A stretch of 64,000 nt of DNA from Syntrophales bacterium (lineage in GTDB: Bacteria > Desulfobacterota > Syntrophia > Syntrophales > PHBD01), in the NCBI GenBank assembly GCA_963668175.1, contig OY764159.1, positions 4,064,001 to 4,128,000 on the forward strand, in the 5' to 3' direction. This document shows, piece by piece, positions 10,031 through 20,537 of this stretch (its first letter is position 1; each line of letters begins with the position of its first letter). The notes under the pieces are model-generated. The model searched no databases. It was not told the DNA's origin and saw only the letters and a list, made by a program, of their open reading frames with translations. A program made the translations under genes and the position numbers.

Positions 10031-13000
10031 TCAGATTTTCGTCAAGTGGGCGACCAACGGCATCAATATGCCGTCCGAAACCTCCCGAAATGCGTCGTCG
10101 ATCGGGTCGGCGTCCCGAAAGCATAACCGATAGGCTGCATCGGAGCCCTCTCCAGAGTATATATCGTTCCCCATCCAGACGCGGCGGGCGGATGCCGTGG
10201 CCTCATCGCCTCTTTTCCGCCCCAGATGCGCCTGCTCGGCATAGTGCCACGACGTTTCGGGGAAAAACTTCAAGGGCTGCGTCAATCCGCGGTTATAAAG
10301 ATGAAGGAGGTATGCCAGATGATTTTCGGCCTCCTCGACCGGATCGATGCGCCAGGCCTGGTTACGGCAGAGAACGAGGCTCTGCCGGGGATAAGCTGTT
10401 TTACCCATGCAGTTCAGTATCAGATGGCGGATCCACGCCGCAAGCAGATCCTTCCCCTTTAGATCGGCATACCGCAGATGGATCAGCGCCCCGGCGAATA
10501 TGGAACCGATCCGCCCCGTCAGGGTCCACGCGTCTACCGTCAAATTGATATCGAGCGGCGGCATCTCGCCGCCTTCCATAAATCGCCGCACTTGATGAAC
10601 AAATATCGATGTTCCCTCCGAAAGTTCATGGTATTGGAACAGTCCCACGCTCCCGTGAGGCAACACGCCGGCTGCCTTGAAGGCGGGCCAGGATGCCCCT
10701 GTATCATGTCCCTGGAAAGATTTTTCGACGAGGCGCTGTGCGAGCAGATACCTGTCCAGGCCCTCCATCCGGAAAGGTTCCGCTTCCGCAAGCGTTGCTT
10801 CCGGTTCTTCCAGGATCATGTGCAAACGCTTTTCCAGGAGGTAGCGCGCCGGGTTCCGAAAGAAGGCAATCAATTGATCCGTATCGACAGCGGTCTCCTC
10901 CGGCAGCGGATCGGGTAACCGGGACGGGATGAAGGCTTCCCGACACCGTCCTTCCTGAAGAAGCATGGCCGCGGCTAGGCAATTCTGGGAGGAATAGCTG
11001 AACAAGCGCCCATCATTCTGAAAATAACGGGGATTGAAGGCCTGCAGCCTATGCTCGGTGACGAGAAACTCCTCCATAGTCCTCCCGTCGGCGGTTCTGA
11101 ATCCTTGTTCGATATAATCCATAAGTTCCGATACCAGCACGGAGGGCGGGATTACGGCGTTGTCTTCGATGCTCTGGCCGACGTAACTGATATAGAACCT
11201 CTTCCTGGCCGACAGCAATGCTTCGATAAAGAGATAGCGGTCGTCGTTCCGCCGGGACCGGTCGCCCGCCCGGGGATATTTCGCGATTAAATCGAATCCC
11301 AAGTGATGGGCCTGACGGGGATAGCTCTGATTGTTCATCCCGAGAAGACAGATCACTTTGAAGGGCACGCTCCGCATAGGAAGCATGGCGCAGAACGTGA
11401 CATCGCCCGTCATGAAGCCCCAGCCGCCTTCGTCCCTCGTCAATGCCGACTCGAGAGCCTTTCTGATAACGGGCATTGCTATCATCTCTCCAACGCCGGC
11501 ATCATCTTCCATCTGACCTAGGTCCTGAACGGTCCGGCGAATAAACTGGATGTCACGTTCGGTCCCCTCCTCGGCAAGGAAAAAAGTCTCCAGGAGGTCG
11601 TCCAGCTTCCGGCTCCAGTCCTTAAGCGTTCCGGGAGAGTCGAGGCTTTCCGTTTTCGCAAAGAGATGATCCATGAAGGCGCTGAATTTCCCCAGCACGG
11701 AGGATTCCTCCCCTTCAATCCCGTCGTAAGGCAGTATCCCTTTGAACAAATGATCGCCCTCGCCGGGCATCGCATACCCGAGAAGAAGTCTGTGAAGTCC
11801 CGCTTTCCACGTGTTTTCCGGATAGGGAGGGAGGCCTCGCTTCTGCCGGTGTCTTTCATCCATGCCCCACCGTATGCCGGATGCGGCTATCCAATGTCGG
11901 ATCAATTCGACATCGATTTCGTTAAGGCCGAAACGACGGTGGACACAGTCGAGTTCCAGAATCGACATGACCGCCGCCGAGCTGTAACGGCTCGCCAGCA
12001 GATCGAGAATCATCAGGAAACCGTTCGCGATCCTGCTGTCGGACTTCACGCCGCGGTCGGCGATACTGAAAGGTATGCGGTGCGTTTCCGGTGTCTTCGA
12101 GGCGTCATCGCCGGCCGATTCGAACACGGCGGTGATGTAGGGTGCATATTCGTCTATGTCCGGCGTCATGACCAGGATGTCTTTGGGAAGAAGACGCGGG
12201 GCCTGCTCGAACATGGCGAGCAAGTGGTCGTAGAGGACCTCCACCTCCCGCATCGGGCTGTGGCAGGAATGAATCCCGATGGACTCGTCGTCCGGACATA
12301 TGACCATCCCGGATAATTCGGGTCTGCTGCGGTCCCGCAAATTAAGGATATCGGACTGGACGGCGGCAAGGACCGTATCTTCTCCCGGATCATCGTAACG
12401 ATCCCACTCCTCCGTCTCAATATCGAGGATATAGGATATGAACTCCCTGCCCAGGGTGCCCAGGGAGGACAACAGGGGATTCCCCCTTTCGAGGTAAAGC
12501 AAATCGTCGGATGTGTCAGCTCCCCGCCGTCGCCGGTAACGTTCCTGAGCCCGGCTGATCTGACGGTCCGTACGGATATCGAACCAGAACTCCCGGCATG
12601 GATTCATGAGAAAAAGATTGACTTCGACACTCCCGGCCACAGCCCGGAAGATATCCATAAAAATGTGCGGCAGCGACGAGATGCCGAAGATGGAAATCCG
12701 CTCGGGAAGGTTGAAGACTGAAGACGCCTTTCCCCTTGCCTCAGATATCAAGGATTGCTTCAGGATAGCAGGATGTACGCCGGCCGTTTCCTTGATTAAA
12801 GCGCGAAAAACGGCGGCCTGCCATATCTCGTCGGGATGCGTTATTTTGCCTTCCGCCCAGGCTGAAAGCATATCGGGGCGGTAGACCAGATACTGGTCCA
12901 TCAGACCGGCAATGCGCTTCGCGAGTTCGTAAAGCTTCAGGCGATCCCGATCATCTTTCAGATAGGCACGAAGAGGCTCGAATCCTTCCCGGCCGATAAG

Positions 13001-13306
13001 GCCTGGCAGCAACCGCATGATTCGCCACGCCATAACCGGCGGATCGAAGCTCCTGCCGCCGGCGGGACCATCGACGATGTTTTCGCCGATCTCCGTCATG
13101 AAGTTCTTGGGAAAGGGAAAACGAACGTTGGCGCAGACACCTTGGACCCTGGCCAGTTCCATGGATATCCATCGCTCCATACCCCGGCTCTGGACAATGA
13201 TTATCTCCGGGACAAAGGGAGACGGCAGAGGCTTCTTCAACACCTCGGCGAGTTTTGCAACGAGGATTTCCATCCGGTTGCTTGTATAGACTTTAAATCC
13301 AGCCAT
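10031..13306 (-). CDS. recC: Exodeoxyribonuclease V gamma subunit
   Basis: VYTSNRMEIL, IVQSRGMERW, CHSPMREVEVL, LPMRSVPF, GDRSRRNDDRYLFIEALLSA. Confidence 0.95.
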   Translation of the reverse strand: MAGFKVYTSNRMEILVAKLAEVLKKPLPSPFVPEIIIVQSRGMERWISMELARVQGVCANVRFPFPKNFMTEIGENIVDGPAGGRSFDPPVMAWRIMRLLPGLIGREGFEPLRAYLKDDRDRLKLYELAKRIAGLMDQYLVYRPDMLSAWAEGKITHPDEIWQAAVFRALIKETAGVHPAILKQSLISEARGKASSVFNLPERISIFGISSLPHIFMDIFRAVAGSVEVNLFLMNPCREFWFDIRTDRQISRAQERYRRRRGADTSDDLLYLERGNPLLSSLGTLGREFISYILDIETEEWDRYDDPGEDTVLAAVQSDILNLRDRSRPELSGMVICPDDESIGIHSCHSPMREVEVLYDHLLAMFEQAPRLLPKDILVMTPDIDEYAPYITAVFESAGDDASKTPETHRIPFSIADRGVKSDSRIANGFLMILDLLASRYSSAAVMSILELDCVHRRFGLNEIDVELIRHWIAASGIRWGMDERHRQKRGLPPYPENTWKAGLHRLLLGYAMPGEGDHLFKGILPYDGIEGEESSVLGKFSAFMDHLFAKTESLDSPGTLKDWSRKLDDLLETFFLAEEGTERDIQFIRRTVQDLGQMEDDAGVGEMIAMPVIRKALESALTRDEGGWGFMTGDVTFCAMLPMRSVPFKVICLLGMNNQSYPRQAHHLGFDLIAKYPRAGDRSRRNDDRYLFIEALLSARKRFYISYVGQSIEDNAVIPPSVLVSELMDYIEQGFRTADGRTMEEFLVTEHRLQAFNPRYFQNDGRLFSYSSQNCLAAAMLLQEGRCREAFIPSRLPDPLPEETAVDTDQLIAFFRNPARYLLEKRLHMILEEPEATLAEAEPFRMEGLDRYLLAQRLVEKSFQGHDTGASWPAFKAAGVLPHGSVGLFQYHELSEGTSIFVHQVRRFMEGGEMPPLDINLTVDAWTLTGRIGSIFAGALIHLRYADLKGKDLLAAWIRHLILNCMGKTAYPRQSLVLCRNQAWRIDPVEEAENHLAYLLHLYNRGLTQPLKFFPETSWHYAEQAHLGRKRGDEATASARRVWMGNDIYSGEGSDAAYRLCFRDADPIDDAFREVSDGILMPLVAHLTKI

Positions 13307-13590
13307 TCCTTGCGGCCAAGCCTCCCCCGCCGTTGTTTTTCACCCCTCAGGTTTGTGCGGACCGTCTTATTGGTACTTCACTTCCCCTATCTTTTCAAGG
13401 ACAAACCGATGACGACGAATGCCCCCCAGCCGATACGAAAGCAATCGCCGAAGTTACGCCGGTTACGTCTTATACATCCTGGCGGATGATCGCGGCATCG
13501 TCCTGATGATGATGGGGATTTCATTTTACGATGGACGGCGCGCACTTATGGCGCATCACGCCTGCAAGTGAAGACGAGAAGACGGTTGAA

Positions 13591-13612
13591 GGGATGGCAG
13601 AAAAGCCATCCC
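13591..13612 (-). terminator. Hairpin downstream of the fusA-ATPase pair, possible terminator
   Basis: Perfect 8-bp stem GGGATGGC-N6-GCCATCCC about 60 nt after the ATPase stop; U-tract is weak. Confidence 0.4.
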
Positions 13613-13672
13613 CGGATGATGGGATGTCGATGGATCAAACGAATTCGGGAGACTTTCTATCGACCCGGGAAT

Positions 13673-14365
13673 TCAGCCCCGTTCGCGGATCAGCATGGTC
13701 GCCGGGTCCAGGCGCAAAGACGGCGAGGCCGGCGTGCCCTTCAGGGTCTGAATGTGGATCTCGGATCCCTCGGCCTCGAGCTGAAGCACCAGATCGAAAA
13801 GATCGATTACATGAAGCATAAGGACGGGCATGCCCCCCGCTTCCGGTTTCTTGTGCCGGTGCGTGTGGACCGTGAACCAGACTCGGACCCCCGTTTTCTT
13901 GGAAACGTTCTTGAGTTCCGCGATAGGGTCCCGGCCGGAATCGCCGAAGGGAAATCCGTCGATGATGACGATCTCGGGAGAAAAGATATTCTGCACTTCC
14001 AGGTCCGTGACCCGTTCCATCAATTTCGGTACGCTGAACCCCTCTGCTTTGAATGTCATGATGAAGCGGTTGGGCTGAATGGATTCCCACAGCGTATTGA
14101 CCTGCTGCACTTCATATCGCCTGGCCAGATCCTGAAAGAGCTCGCGGTACCACAGGTCTACCTTGTTGACAGGGTCGCTGAGACTGATATGGAGGACTTT
14201 CCTGTTTCTCATCATGGCGTTCAGCGCGAGTTGTACGAGCAGGGCCGTTTTACCGATCCCGGCCGGGGCCAGGATAGCGCCGAACCCTCCTTCCGGCAGG
14301 ATGTCGTCCGTTGTATCCTCGGCAAATTTTAATGGATTGCGTAAGATAAGATCCTTTTTCAGCAT
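13673..14365 (-). CDS. RecA/KaiC/DnaB-fold P-loop ATPase-like protein of unknown function
   Basis: P-loop APAGIGKT, VLHISL strand, Walker-B-like IVIIDG. Start placed at MLKKDL (AGGA upstream); GTG 14425 is an alternative. Confidence 0.75.
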   Translation of the reverse strand: MLKKDLILRNPLKFAEDTTDDILPEGGFGAILAPAGIGKTALLVQLALNAMMRNRKVLHISLSDPVNKVDLWYRELFQDLARRYEVQQVNTLWESIQPNRFIMTFKAEGFSVPKLMERVTDLEVQNIFSPEIVIIDGFPFGDSGRDPIAELKNVSKKTGVRVWFTVHTHRHKKPEAGGMPVLMLHVIDLFDLVLQLEAEGSEIHIQTLKGTPASPSLRLDPATMLIRERG

Positions 14366-14468
14366 GATCATATTCCTATTTCGAATGTCGATTACCGTTG
14401 CTGGCGGTTTGATGACGGTCTGCACTTCTATCCATGCTTCCTTTATCTATGTCTGTCGGCATGAAGTT

Positions 14469-16556
14469 TCATGCGGCATTCTTCTTACGGGCGGCCACCT
14501 CTTCCGCAATCTTTTCCGCGATAGAGGCAGGGACCAGTTTGTAAAGGGCGAATTCCATGGTGAACTGGGCCTTCCCCTGCGTGGCCGAACGCAGGACCGT
14601 GGAGAAGCCGAACATCTCCGCCAGGGGAACCTGCGCTTCCACGACGCACATGGTCCCTTCGTCCTGAGCGCCGACGATCATGCCCCGGCGCTGATTCAGG
14701 AGCCCCATGACGGCCCCCTGGAATTCCGTCGGGGTTTCGATTTCAACCTTCATGATGGGCTCGTGAATGACAGGCTTGGCCTTCGAATATCCCTCGCGGA
14801 AGGCCCCGCGGGCCGCCGCCTGGAAGGCGATATCGGACGAATCGACGGCATGGAAGGCGCCGTCGTTGATGGTGATCTTCACGCCGGTCACCGGGAACTC
14901 CATCTTCGGTCCCTTCACCAGGCATTGCCGGAACCCCTTCTCACAGGCCGGAATGAAGTTGGTGGGAATGGCCCCGCCGACAATCTTGTTTTCAAAGATG
15001 AAATCGGCTTCCGGTACGGGTTCCATAAACCCGGCCACGCGGCCGTACTGTCCGGAGCCGCCGGTCTGTTTCTTATGCGTATAATTGAATTCCGCCCGCT
15101 GCGTGATCGTCTCGCGATAGGCCACCCGTGGATTGCCTGTATTGACTTCGGCGGAATATTCGCGGCGCATGCGCTCCACGTAGACTTCCAGATGAAGTTC
15201 CCCCATCCCTTCGATGATTGTCTCGTTCGTTTCCTGATCGACATAGGTCCGGAAGGTCGGGTCCTCCTTGGTGAAGCGGTTGAGGGCCTTCGACATGTTG
15301 ATCTGCGATTTGTTGTCCTTCGGAACGATGGCGAGGGAAATGACCGGTTCCGGAACGAACATGGAGGTCATGGTCAGATTGATTCCTTGCGACACGAAGG
15401 TGTCCCCGGAGGAACATTCGATGCCGAAAAGCGCGCCGATATAGCCGGCCGGAATGGCCTCGATCTCCTCCATCTGGTCGGCGTGCATGCGCACGACGCG
15501 GCCCACCTTGACCTTCTTGCCGCTCCTGGCATTGACGATCGTCGATCCCTTGGCGACCGTCCCCTGGTAGACGCGGATATAGGTCAACTGGCCGTACATG
15601 CCGTCTTCAAGTTTGAAAGCCAGAGCCACGACGGGCTGATCGGGGTCGGTCGACAGCGTCACGGGTGCTTCGTTATCGTCCATATCGAGGGCTTCGTTAA
15701 CCACGTCCGACGGACAGGGAAGGAAACTGGTCACTGCATCCAAGAGGGGCTGGACGGCCTTGTTCTTGTATGCCGACCCCATCAGGACCGGCGTCAGTTT
15801 TCGCGCCAGGGTCCCCTTGCGCAGCGCGTCGACGATCATCTCCTCGGTGACGTCGCGCTCCTCAAGGACCGCTTCTGTCAATTCATCGGAAAATGCGGAA
15901 GCGGCATCGATCATTTCGTCCCGCTTCGCCTTGGCCTGTTCCAGGAGTTCGGCGGGAATGGCTTCCCTGACGACTTCCTCGCCGTTTTCGCCTTTAAAAT
16001 AGACGGCTTTCATGGCTATCAGGTCGACGACGCCCTGAAAATCGGTCTCCAGGCCGATCGGCATCTGCAAAGCCACGGCGTTATGGCCCAGTTTTGTCCG
16101 GAGCTGTTCCGTCACCCGGGAAGGATTGGCACCGCTGCGGTCACACTTGTTGATAAAGGCGATGCAGGGCACCTTGTATCTTTTCATCTGCTGATCCACC
16201 GTGATGGATTGCGACTGGACCCCGCCCACCGAGCAGAGAACGAGCACGGCGCCGTCGAGGACGCGAAGGGAACGTTCCACTTCGATGGTGAAATCGACAT
16301 GGCCGGGTGTGTCGATGATGTTGATTTCGTGGCCGAGCCACTCGCAGAAAGTCGCGGCCGAAGCAATGGTGATCCCGCGCTCTTTTTCCAGTTCCATGGA
16401 ATCCATGGTGGCCCCGACGCCGTCTTTTCCCTTGACGTCGTGAATGGCATGGATTCTTTTGGTATAATAAAGAATTCGTTCCGTGAGGGTCGTCTTGCCC
16501 GAGTCGATATGGGCACTGATCCCGATATTTCTGACTTTCTTAAGATCGCTTTTCAT
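14469..16556 (-). CDS. fusA: Elongation factor G (spdEFG1/mitochondrial EFG1-like type)
   Basis: [41 protein letters not shown]. Start moved to MKSDLKK at 16556. Confidence 0.95.
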   Translation of the reverse strand: MKSDLKKVRNIGISAHIDSGKTTLTERILYYTKRIHAIHDVKGKDGVGATMDSMELEKERGITIASAATFCEWLGHEINIIDTPGHVDFTIEVERSLRVLDGAVLVLCSVGGVQSQSITVDQQMKRYKVPCIAFINKCDRSGANPSRVTEQLRTKLGHNAVALQMPIGLETDFQGVVDLIAMKAVYFKGENGEEVVREAIPAELLEQAKAKRDEMIDAASAFSDELTEAVLEERDVTEEMIVDALRKGTLARKLTPVLMGSAYKNKAVQPLLDAVTSFLPCPSDVVNEALDMDDNEAPVTLSTDPDQPVVALAFKLEDGMYGQLTYIRVYQGTVAKGSTIVNARSGKKVKVGRVVRMHADQMEEIEAIPAGYIGALFGIECSSGDTFVSQGINLTMTSMFVPEPVISLAIVPKDNKSQINMSKALNRFTKEDPTFRTYVDQETNETIIEGMGELHLEVYVERMRREYSAEVNTGNPRVAYRETITQRAEFNYTHKKQTGGSGQYGRVAGFMEPVPEADFIFENKIVGGAIPTNFIPACEKGFRQCLVKGPKMEFPVTGVKITINDGAFHAVDSSDIAFQAAARGAFREGYSKAKPVIHEPIMKVEIETPTEFQGAVMGLLNQRRGMIVGAQDEGTMCVVEAQVPLAEMFGFSTVLRSATQGKAQFTMEFALYKLVPASIAEKIAEEVAARKKNAA

Positions 16557-16578
16557 AATCCCTTCCCTTTGCAGCAAT

Positions 16579-16611
16579 AAAAAAAATCCCTCACATATTG
16601 CTCATGAGGGA
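16579..16611 (-). terminator. Intrinsic-terminator-like hairpin in the fusA 5' leader (candidate attenuator)
   Basis: Minus strand reads TCCCTCA-N11-TGAGGGA followed immediately by T8, ending 22 nt before the fusA ATG. Confidence 0.55.
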
Positions 16612-16647
16612 CTCAACCATTCATGATACTCTAAAATAAAGTTCCTC

Positions 16648-16676
16648 AATATGCTATAAATAAAACTCATTGTCAA
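16648..16676 (-). promoter_or_regulatory. Putative sigma70 promoter of fusA
   Basis: Minus strand TTGACA-N17-CATATT in an AT-rich intergenic region. Confidence 0.55.
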
Positions 16677-16973
16677 CAAAAATATCGCTATTAATATATA
16701 TTTTTTTGGAGTGATTGTGTCGCTCCAACCCCACATCATCCAGGACAATCATAAATCATGCCATGACCATATCTTTCTATATTGTTGATAATAAAGGATA
16801 TTCAATTAACGTTCTTAAGCGAATGCGGCCATTTTGTCTATTATTCCGGATCGCGTCCGGATCATTCGGACAGGTATTTGATGTTCCCAAAACATTTATC
16901 TTCCCATGGGGTTTGAAATTAGGGCATGGTGTGGTAAAGAAAACGGCATCGGTTTACAAGACGCAGAGATCGG

Positions 16974-18242
16974 ATGAAAACCATGGATTATACGATCCAT
17001 TCAACGGCGGATTATCACCTTGCGGACATCGACACCCTGGGATGGGAGTTGACGGTGTGCAACGCCCTTCACAATCCTGAAAGTCCATGCAGAAGAGCCC
17101 TGACCCGAAACGCTTCTTACGGAGAGCATCTCTACGATTTTCTGACGGGCTTCATGCCCATAGGCGAATTTACCCGCATCATGGAAATCGGGGGCGGCTA
17201 TGGAGTGCTCATGAAGGACTTCCTGTTGAAAAAGAAAGGGGTCAGGGCCACCATGCTGGACATATCGCCTTTTCTTTTATCGAAACAGCAGGAGACCCTC
17301 TCCGGGTTTAACGCCACATATGTCTGGGCCGACTTCCTGGCCGCCGAAGAAGACCTCATCAAAGGTCACGACCTCGTCATTCTGAACGAAAACCTGGGCG
17401 ATTTTCCGATGCATCTGGACATCGACCGGACGGCGTTGTTCTCCCGTTCTCATGATGCGGATGCCGCCATGCAGGAAGTGCGTCGTCTTTTCGAGACCTA
17501 CGCCCTGGAAATGCCCGGTCAATCACCCTTTCATTTTAACACCGGCGCAGTTCTGGCCGTAGAGAAGCTCTGTCGCCTGCAAGTGCCGTTCATCTTCATC
17601 GGCGAACACAGCTGCGAAGCTTCCGTTCCCGATCCATACCGAAGACTGATCCGGATAAGCGCTCCCGGCCAGCCGGAAAGGATCGCCCTCAAAGGCCACG
17701 ACGAATATACGATCCGTTTCTCCCATCTGGACAGAATCGCCTCCTGCTTCCATTATCGTGTCGTCAGGGGCCCCTTTGCCGATATTCTCCCCTTCAGTCT
17801 TACCGACAGACTGCATTGGCTCATGTCGCTGCCCGCTGCCGAAAGCGACGACGGGGAAATCGTCCGCCATTTCATCGAAGACCTTTTTCAATACGAGTAC
17901 CTGATCCTGATCCGTGAAAAAGCGGGGATTGATACGCCGACATGCAGGCGTTGCGGAAAGTGCTGTCTGGCAGATTTTCGCACGTACGTAACCGAGGGCG
18001 ACCTGCGGCGCTGGCGGCGGGAAGGGCGGGACGATATCCTGGCCTCCCTCGAAGAGCCCCGGGTCGTCTGGGCGGGGGACCATTTCGTGTCCATCACGGA
18101 CGAGAAATGCCTCAGCGCCTGCTCGCAGCTCTTCCGGCAAGACGGCCTGCCCGCCTGTTCCATCTATGCGACGAGACCGGATACATGCCGGCAATTCCAC
18201 CCCGGCCTTTCGGAGATATGTCCTCAATTCTGTCCGCGATGA
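16974..18242 (+). CDS. Class I SAM-dependent methyltransferase fused to a C-terminal YkgJ-family (CxxCxxCC) cysteine-cluster domain
   Basis: Motif I IMEIGGGYG, acidic motif MLDIS, VILNENLGDFP; C-terminal CRRCGKCC...CSIYATRPDTCRQF. Confidence 0.75.
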   Translation: MKTMDYTIHSTADYHLADIDTLGWELTVCNALHNPESPCRRALTRNASYGEHLYDFLTGFMPIGEFTRIMEIGGGYGVLMKDFLLKKKGVRATMLDISPFLLSKQQETLSGFNATYVWADFLAAEEDLIKGHDLVILNENLGDFPMHLDIDRTALFSRSHDADAAMQEVRRLFETYALEMPGQSPFHFNTGAVLAVEKLCRLQVPFIFIGEHSCEASVPDPYRRLIRISAPGQPERIALKGHDEYTIRFSHLDRIASCFHYRVVRGPFADILPFSLTDRLHWLMSLPAAESDDGEIVRHFIEDLFQYEYLILIREKAGIDTPTCRRCGKCCLADFRTYVTEGDLRRWRREGRDDILASLEEPRVVWAGDHFVSITDEKCLSACSQLFRQDGLPACSIYATRPDTCRQFHPGLSEICPQFCPR

Positions 18243-18279
18243 GCAGGAACATTCCCACATACATGCGCCATCGATACGC

Positions 18280-19404
18280 TTAATCCAGACGCTTCCGGAA
18301 ACGGAACACCGCCCCGGCGAACACGATGACGCCCATGATGGCCAGGGCCAGATACTGGGGCCAGAGGATATCGAAGCCCACGCCTTTCAGGAACAATCCA
18401 CGGATAATCACGAGAAAGAAACGCAGCGGGTCGAGGAGGGTTATCCACTGAACGACGACGGGCATGTTGGCGATCGGAAAGACGAAACCACTCAACATGA
18501 AAAAGGGCAAAATGAAAAAGAACGTCGTCATCATCGCCTGCTGCTGGGTGGCGGAAATGGTGGAGATGAAAAGACCGATGCCGAGTGTCGTCAGGAGAAA
18601 GAGGCAGGTGGCGGCGAAAAGCAGCCAGAAACTCCCGTAAAAGGGAATATCGAACCAGATGACGGCCAGGACCGTCACGATGACCATTTGAAGAATCGCA
18701 ATGACGGCATACGGGATTGTTTTGGCCAGGACCAGCTCGATGGGCCTCATGGGCGTCACGATGAGCTGTTCCATGGTGCCGACTTCCCTCTCCTTGATGA
18801 TCGCCATGGAGGTAAAAAGCAGCGATATGATCATGATCAGGACGGCGACGATCCCGGGCACGAAAAAGTTCCGGCTGTCGAGATTCGGGTTGTACCAGGA
18901 GCGGATGCGGACATCCGTCCTGCCGTATTCCATCTTCTGGGGATAAAGCTCCCTGATCAGCGTCTGGTTGAACATATCGAGCACGAGTTGGGTATAGGCT
19001 ATCCTCACGGAGGCCATGTTGCTCATGCTGCCGTCGGCGAGGACCTGGATGGCGGCGGTGTCTCCCCGACGGATTTTGTCGCTGAAATCGGGGGCGACCT
19101 TGACGGCCATGTCTATTTTGCGTTTGAGGAGCAACTCTTCCAGGTCTGCGGCATTCTGTGTATAATGGGTTACCCGGAATATCTTATTCGCGTTCAGCGA
19201 ATCGGTCAGCATCCGGCTTTCCCTCGTTTGCGCCTGATCCAGGAGCCCCACCTTGATCAGCCGCACGTCCGTGGACATAACATACCCGAAAATCATAAGC
19301 TGGATGAGGGGCGACATGACCAGGAGCCTGATGTTCTTGGGATCCCGGAAGAGCTGAATGAACTCTTTGCGCACCATTTCACGAATCCGAAGCCAGCAGA
19401 TCAT
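18280..19404 (-). CDS. ABC-2 type transporter permease (YbhR-like)
   Basis: RKEFIQLFRD, WYNPNLDS, KEREVGTMEQLIVTP, LSGFVFPI. Start moved to ATG 19404, overlapping the upstream stop. Confidence 0.9.
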   Translation of the reverse strand: MICWLRIREMVRKEFIQLFRDPKNIRLLVMSPLIQLMIFGYVMSTDVRLIKVGLLDQAQTRESRMLTDSLNANKIFRVTHYTQNAADLEELLLKRKIDMAVKVAPDFSDKIRRGDTAAIQVLADGSMSNMASVRIAYTQLVLDMFNQTLIRELYPQKMEYGRTDVRIRSWYNPNLDSRNFFVPGIVAVLIMIISLLFTSMAIIKEREVGTMEQLIVTPMRPIELVLAKTIPYAVIAILQMVIVTVLAVIWFDIPFYGSFWLLFAATCLFLLTTLGIGLFISTISATQQQAMMTTFFFILPFFMLSGFVFPIANMPVVVQWITLLDPLRFFLVIIRGLFLKGVGFDILWPQYLALAIMGVIVFAGAVFRFRKRLD

Positions 19405-20537
19405 GACATTCCCTCTTTTTTCAGTTTCATCAGCGTCACGAAGGACATGACGGCGAGCATGGCGCAAAGGATGAGGAAAGAAGGCCATAGATAATGCATG
19501 CCCAGATTGCGCAGGAAAAGACCGTTAAGGATGTCGATATAATAAGTCGCCGGGATGATGGCCGAGAAAATCTGCAGGACGAGCGGCATGTTCTCACGGG
19601 GAAATACGAAATCGGACAGGAGGAGCGAAGGCAGATACGTCGCCATGATGGCAATCTGGTTGGCCACAAGCTGGGACTTGGTCGCGATGGATATCAGCAA
19701 TCCCAGGCTCAGGGCGACCATGATGTAGAGCGAAGATGCCAGCATCATCAGGAGGAAACTCGATTTCATGACAATTCCGAACAGGACCTGTCCCATGAAA
19801 ACGGCCACCAGACTGTCCGCCAGGGCTATGAAGAAATAGGGTATGGCCTTCCCCAGAAGGAATTCGCTTGCCTTGACCGGAAGGGAGAGGATGGTCTCCA
19901 TTGTGCCGTTTTCATATTCCCTGGCGATCACGAGCGACGTGAGCATGGCGGCCACGATCATGATGATGACGGCGATGATGCCCGGTACGATGAAGTTCCG
20001 GCTTTCGAGGTCTTCGTTGAACCAGACCCTGATCCGTCCCTCCACCGGCGTCTTGATCGGGTCCCTTCCCTGCCGGTTCAGATAACGGAGCAAGTTGTTC
20101 TGATTGTATCCCTCGATGAAGGCGTTAATATAACCGCGGGAGATACTGCCGAAGTTCGGGTCGCTGCCATCGAGCAGGACCTGCATCGAGGCCTCGCGGT
20201 CCGCCCGCATGTTTTCGGTCCAATCCGGCGGGATGACGACGGCCAGCGTGGCCCATCCTTCGTCAAGGTAACGGGCAGCCGCCGTGTCGCTGGGAAGGCT
20301 GCCGATGACGTCAAAGTAAGATGAAGCGCCAAGTTTGTGGATAAAATCGCGGCTCAGGGGTGTTTGGTCCCGGTCTACGACGACGACTTTGATATTGTCC
20401 ACGTCCAGGCTTAAGGCATACCCGAAAAGGAGGATGAGCAGGAGCGGCAGGGCAAAGGCCAGATAAAGGCTCCGGAAATCCCGGATCAGATGGTAAAACT
20501 CTTTGCGGGCCACCGCCTGGATATGACGGACGTTCAA
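19401..20537 (-). CDS. ABC-2 type transporter permease (YbhS-like)
   Basis: ARKEFYHLIRD, WFNEDLES, AREYENGTME. TTG start at 20537 overlaps the upstream TGA. Confidence 0.9.
   Translation of the reverse strand: MNVRHIQAVARKEFYHLIRDFRSLYLAFALPLLLILLFGYALSLDVDNIKVVVVDRDQTPLSRDFIHKLGASSYFDVIGSLPSDTAAARYLDEGWATLAVVIPPDWTENMRADREASMQVLLDGSDPNFGSISRGYINAFIEGYNQNNLLRYLNRQGRDPIKTPVEGRIRVWFNEDLESRNFIVPGIIAVIIMIVAAMLTSLVIAREYENGTMETILSLPVKASEFLLGKAIPYFFIALADSLVAVFMGQVLFGIVMKSSFLLMMLASSLYIMVALSLGLLISIATKSQLVANQIAIMATYLPSLLLSDFVFPRENMPLVLQIFSAIIPATYYIDILNGLFLRNLGMHYLWPSFLILCAMLAVMSFVTLMKLKKEGMS

Noticed and set aside
14163..16580. 805-aa plus-strand ORF
   Set aside because: Antisense shadow of fusA, expected from biased codon usage in GC-rich DNA.
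18240..18290. Selenocysteine readthrough at the TGA ending the Cys-rich YkgJ domain
   Set aside because: No SECIS-like hairpin follows, and the extension runs into the convergent permease gene.
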